From an uncultured bacterium (GTDB lineage: Bacteria > JAJVIF01 > JAPKYR01), in NCBI GenBank assembly GCA_965369865.1, contig CBDURU010000123.1:1-10213 (forward strand): a DNA stretch of 10,213 nucleotides, given 5' to 3'. Below are positions 6,517-10,213 of the stretch, piece by piece. The notes under the pieces are model-generated. The model was given only the letters and a program-made list of their open reading frames with translations, did not search any database and had not been told where the DNA came from. The position numbers and the translations under genes are program-made. Each line of letters opens with the position of its first letter. Positions within the stretch are counted from its first letter, which is position 1.

Positions 6517-7905
6517 ATGAACAAATTCCGATTGCCTCGTTTTACAACCATCCTGACAGCATTGGCTTTGATTTTTGCTTTACTCGCGATTCCCGCGCAT
6601 GCCCAGGGTTCCGAGGATACTTCTATCAGGGAGGACGTGGCCTCGCAGGACATTGGCACCGAAGAGGAGCTCCAGGCCGAGGACGTCGAAATTTCCGAGG
6701 ACATCACACCGATTGGCATTGTCGATGAAATTATTCTTACCGGCGAAATTGTTACTTCCCGGCATGCGGTACTCAGGCAGATGACATTCAGGATCGGGGA
6801 TGTTATCTCCAGGCGCGATATCGACCTGTGCAGGCGGCGGTTGCTCGGTTTCAATGGGATTTACTGGATGGCTGATATCACCTGGGAGCCTGCTGAAGAA
6901 GAAAATCATATCATTATAACTATCGATCTCCGATCACGGCGTACATGGTACCTGTCCCCGTCGCAAACCGGTGGTGTAATCAGTGACAGGAATTTCCTGG
7001 GAACCGCCGACTCCCTGACTTTCGCGGCTTTCATCTCGGACCCGGACAATTATTACTATTCACTCGGATGGGGCGATCCGCAGTTGTTCGGCGGGCATAA
7101 CAGTTTGTATGTCGAAGGCCACGTGATCAGCACCAGTAATACCATCCGGACCGACACTCTGATAACCACAGGCGAAAGTTATTTCATCGACAGGCACGGA
7201 TTCAACCTGAACTACCGCACACGCTGGAATGAGACCATATCCGTGTTTCTCGGATACAAATTCGATGACGTGACTACCCAGAAAGCCGGCGACCCCTTCC
7301 GCGGTTTCGGTACTGATTACCACTACTTTTACTCCGGTACCGATATCCCGCGCGGCAACGTAGGGGTTTTCAGCTTCGGATTGTCTAAAGGGGTCCTGGA
7401 TTCAATTTATTTCCCCACTGTTGGATACTACTGGAATTTCAATAACGGAATTTCAAACTCGGTTTTTCTGAGCGATTTCAGTTTCACTCGTCACAGGATT
7501 ACCGCGGCTTACTTTTACGACCTTCATAAAGCGCGTAACGTCCTCTGCGGAAAATTCACCTATTCCTACCTCACCGGCGACCCGCCATACTACGAACTTA
7601 TCCCGTTCGACTGGCAGGTCCGCGGTTATACCCTCTCCTCCCAACGCGGTAAAAGCATGATGGCGATGAATTTCGAATATCGATTTATCGCCGAACCCGA
7701 GATTTTCCAGGGAGTCATCTTCGCCGATTTCGGTCGCGCCTGGGACGGACATGGTTTCAGCTTCAATGACCTCGAATGGGGCTACGGTATCGGCCTGAGG
7801 ATATACACTTTACCATTCATACCGTACAACCTGTTACTCAGAATCGACTACGGCCGCGGCGAATACGGCGACGAGGTTCTGTTTACCTTCAACCAGTTTT
7901 TCTAG
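6517..7905 (+). CDS. Omp85 (BamA/TamA) family outer-membrane protein with one POTRA domain (462 aa)
   Basis: Sec signal ending AHA-Q, then an acidic linker and a POTRA-like segment (IVDEIILTGEIVTSRHAVLRQMTFRIGDVIS...RRRLLG). Barrel motifs follow: ISDRNFLGTAD, VRGY (loop-6 VRGF/Y motif), NFEYRF, IFADFGRAW, GYGIGLR, LRIDYG, and a C-terminal beta-signal FTFNQFF. ATG 6517 is preceded by a GGGG SD-like sequence. Confidence 0.9.
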   Translation: MNKFRLPRFTTILTALALIFALLAIPAHAQGSEDTSIREDVASQDIGTEEELQAEDVEISEDITPIGIVDEIILTGEIVTSRHAVLRQMTFRIGDVISRRDIDLCRRRLLGFNGIYWMADITWEPAEEENHIIITIDLRSRRTWYLSPSQTGGVISDRNFLGTADSLTFAAFISDPDNYYYSLGWGDPQLFGGHNSLYVEGHVISTSNTIRTDTLITTGESYFIDRHGFNLNYRTRWNETISVFLGYKFDDVTTQKAGDPFRGFGTDYHYFYSGTDIPRGNVGVFSFGLSKGVLDSIYFPTVGYYWNFNNGISNSVFLSDFSFTRHRITAAYFYDLHKARNVLCGKFTYSYLTGDPPYYELIPFDWQVRGYTLSSQRGKSMMAMNFEYRFIAEPEIFQGVIFADFGRAWDGHGFSFNDLEWGYGIGLRIYTLPFIPYNLLLRIDYGRGEYGDEVLFTFNQFF

Positions 7906-7951
7906 TCAATCAAACACACTTCTCATAATTAAAATTTCATCAATCGGATAA

Positions 7952-8098
7952 CAAGTGCCGACATACCAGGTGCCGACCGCGTCTCGCGGTTGGAAATTTT
8001 TTGCAGGTACCGCCTTCATGCGAGCTTGGAGCAGGTGCCGCCTCCATAATCGCTAAGCCCGGTGGCGCCTCCATAATCGCGGAGCGATTTTGGAGGTG
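7952..8098 (+). repeat. Cluster of five co-oriented GGTGCCG-tagged REP-like units, some forming hairpins
   Basis: Tags at 7954 (AGTGCCG), 7969 (GGTGCCG), 8006 (GGTACCG), 8034 (GGTGCCG) and 8061 (GGTGGCG). Hairpins CCGACCGCG-TCT-CGCGGTTGG (7973-7993) and CGCCTCCATAATCGC-GGA-GCGATTTTGGAGGTG (8066-8098). The cluster lies between convergent genes, so it may also act as a terminator. Confidence 0.7.
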
Positions 8099-8123
8099 TT
8101 TAAACTTATGGCGACTCTCAGAA

Positions 8124-9893
8124 CTAACGCGATTCACGCTCTAAGCGTTCTATTCTAGATATCGCATTAAACAACTGATTTCTCACACTCACGTTTTCCT
8201 CATATAACTCAACCATTTCGCGAAGTTTTGGCAAGGCTTCTATAGCCTGTGGACCAATATCATCCAGCACATTAACAGCGTATATAAATTCTGGTCCATC
8301 TAGTTCAGATAGAATTGAATCGATTTGCTGCTCAGGTTCATAACCAATCTGGTATAGAGCTAGATATAACTCGTTAATATATAAGGCATCACACAACAAC
8401 GAACCAGATTCATATAATTCTGCGTTGCCTGGTTGGTCCATATAGTCTACATGATCTTTGGTTTTTAATTCCTCAACCATTTCAATTAGTTCCGGTCCCC
8501 ATGATTCAGCCTGCTCCCCGAATCTGCTGATTGATCTGATAGCTTCAATTTTCAGAAAACCGTCCGAAGTTCGTGCAACATCAACAATCTGGGGTAGATA
8601 TTCAACCGCCGGTCCACGAATCATCGAAAGTGCACAAATGACAAGCCTTAAAAACCTGGCACCAGGATCGTAATTGTCAGTAAGATCAAAATCTGTTCTA
8701 AACATGGATCCCAGTATTGGTACTGCATCTTCTGCCGGAGGTCCGATGGATGCCAGAGCCGAAATTACAGAATCTCTTAATGAATCTTCCCGTGGAAGCA
8801 CTACTATTACATCACTACTAGGTTCAGGGCGTATCATTTCAATCAATACGGGAACGGCACTCGCTGCGTCTTCACCGTAGTTTCCGATAATTCCAATTAT
8901 GCTGCAAGACAACGGTACATTGTGTTCGTCAATCTTATCCAGCAGAAACTGGATTACCTCTTCCGAGCAATCTAAATTAGTAAGCAGGTCGTGAACACAA
9001 GAATATATACCTTCAGCATCATCGTCTATCAGACCCCAGATTAATTCAAGCTCTTCTTCAAGGCTTATAAAATTACTAAGTGCATTGATTGCATTAGAAG
9101 CAACATTGATATCTTCGTCATCTAGAAGATCATAAAATCGCTGAATGATCTCCGGGTCGTTTGGGTAAACAGATGTATTCAATATTACCTCGCCTAAAGA
9201 ATTGACCGCCGCTGACCGAACCTCCCAGGATTCATCATCAAATGAATCCAGCAGAAATTCCCTGACGCCTTCAGCATCCGGGAACTTCCCGGCTATGGTT
9301 GCCACAGTCGCACGGTTCCATGGGTTCGGATGTGATTGAAGTGTAAGGAATTTCTCGATAAAAACCGGATCGTCGCCAGTCTCGAATAATAATTTAATTA
9401 AGTACTGGGCACACCTGATCTCATCACCCCTCATAGTTTCCAAACACTCAACAAACATATCCACACGTTTTTCCCGCTCATCCCCGGCTTTAAACAGCAC
9501 AAAGCTCGCGAACATGCGCTGGAACGGATCGTCACCTTCAGCAAGGATCCTCAATTCCGCTAATATTTCATCATCGTCAAGATTATCGAGGAAAAACTCC
9601 AGTGCATCCAGTGCAGGATTCTCCATGGCAAATAGATATGTGCGCAGCATCTCGAATTGATTTTCAATCGGGCTCAGATTTGGATCGGGTTCCGGTTCCT
9701 CTCGTGGTAAAAAAGGTGAACGTGAGAGATCGGTTCTGGAAGGTGGCGGTTGAGGTGGCGACGAGAAGCCGGGGCTAGGATGGGATGTACTCCGTGGCGC
9801 ACCACATCCTGACACAATCAATAAAATACTCAGTCCAATAATAACCAGGAAAGATCGGATTAAAACTATTTCATTGCAGTTTCTGTTGCACAT
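8124..9893 (-). CDS. HEAT/PBS-lyase-like repeat lipoprotein (589 aa)
   Basis: Signal peptide with lipobox VSGC (Cys30) and a Pro/Ser-rich linker. Acidic helical repeats follow: FDDESWEVRSAAVNSLGE, LLDDEDINVASNAINALSN, ALASIGPPAEDAVPIL, LDDIGPQAIEALPKL. An AGGA SD-like sequence lies upstream. Confidence 0.85.
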   Translation of the reverse strand: MCNRNCNEIVLIRSFLVIIGLSILLIVSGCGAPRSTSHPSPGFSSPPQPPPSRTDLSRSPFLPREEPEPDPNLSPIENQFEMLRTYLFAMENPALDALEFFLDNLDDDEILAELRILAEGDDPFQRMFASFVLFKAGDEREKRVDMFVECLETMRGDEIRCAQYLIKLLFETGDDPVFIEKFLTLQSHPNPWNRATVATIAGKFPDAEGVREFLLDSFDDESWEVRSAAVNSLGEVILNTSVYPNDPEIIQRFYDLLDDEDINVASNAINALSNFISLEEELELIWGLIDDDAEGIYSCVHDLLTNLDCSEEVIQFLLDKIDEHNVPLSCSIIGIIGNYGEDAASAVPVLIEMIRPEPSSDVIVVLPREDSLRDSVISALASIGPPAEDAVPILGSMFRTDFDLTDNYDPGARFLRLVICALSMIRGPAVEYLPQIVDVARTSDGFLKIEAIRSISRFGEQAESWGPELIEMVEELKTKDHVDYMDQPGNAELYESGSLLCDALYINELYLALYQIGYEPEQQIDSILSELDGPEFIYAVNVLDDIGPQAIEALPKLREMVELYEENVSVRNQLFNAISRIERLERESR

Positions 9894-10060
9894 ACACTTA
9901 AATCCTGTCTCTTCTTAAAAAGAGTACCAGAAATATTATAACACTCCAGGGTGACTCATAAAAATGTAATTCACGAAAAGGTAATTTAGGAAAAGACTGA
10001 CACACGCGCCATTTCCCCCCTAACCTGTCCTATTAGTTAGTAGAGATGAACATCTACAGG

Positions 10061-10179
10061 CCCGGGTGCCGTTGACAAGCAAAGTGAGACATGTAAGACG
10101 TGCAAGCATAATGAATCTTCGGGTCGAACGTGCTTGTCGACGAATATCAAAATGTAACCCGGGTGCCGCCCACATGCGC
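10061..10179 (+). repeat. Two further GGTGCCG-tagged REP-like units
   Basis: CCCGGGTGCCG occurs at 10061-10071 and 10158-10168. The first leads into stem CGTTGACAAGCA (10070-10081) / TGCTTGTCGACG (10131-10142). The second (GGTGCCGCCCACATGCGCG) is 15/19 identical to the unit at 8006. Confidence 0.6.
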
Positions 10180-10213
10180 GATACATAAATTTATAAAAGT
10201 AAATATGTATTGA

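Noticed and set aside
7952..8098. Degenerate CRISPR array
   Set aside because: Periods of 15-37 bp are too short and irregular for repeat+spacer units, the inter-tag sequences are related rather than unique, and there are no cas genes.
7940..8137. 65-aa minus-strand ORF with a duplicated AIMEA peptide
   Set aside because: The peptide duplication is just the translation of the DNA hairpin repeat and there is no recognisable domain. Overlap with the HEAT gene stop means a translated peptide cannot be fully excluded.

Overview
Bacterial chromosomal window from a diderm (it encodes an Omp85 protein and lipoproteins), dominated by cell-envelope genes. In order: a probable minus-strand gene start running off the left edge; murA (+); an AMIN-domain/NAGPA-type phosphodiester glycosidase (+); a stand-alone 69-aa zf-HC2 (anti-sigma-like) protein (-); an 830-aa lipoprotein ending in seven exactly 192-bp SBBP-type beta-propeller repeats (-); a single-POTRA Omp85/BamA-TamA-family protein (+); and a HEAT-repeat lipoprotein (-). 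I see no rRNA, tRNA, CRISPR array, transposase, integrase or reverse transcriptase. The unexplained structure is intergenic. (1) A 46/45-bp direct repeat with a TGTAA-N11-TTAC(A) dyad brackets the propeller lipoprotein gene like a cassette, with a 74-bp GGGGACA...TGTCCCC inverted-repeat element at its left junction. (2) Seven co-oriented GGTGCCG-tagged, REP-like units flank the HEAT lipoprotein gene on both sides. (3) A shared TCGAAA-N7-TTTCAA dyad sits in both divergent promoter regions. (4) A sigma-54-like -24/-12 element lies upstream of murA. A model of mobile or variable surface-lipoprotein cassettes around an Omp85 translocator is a hypothesis, not something the sequence proves.
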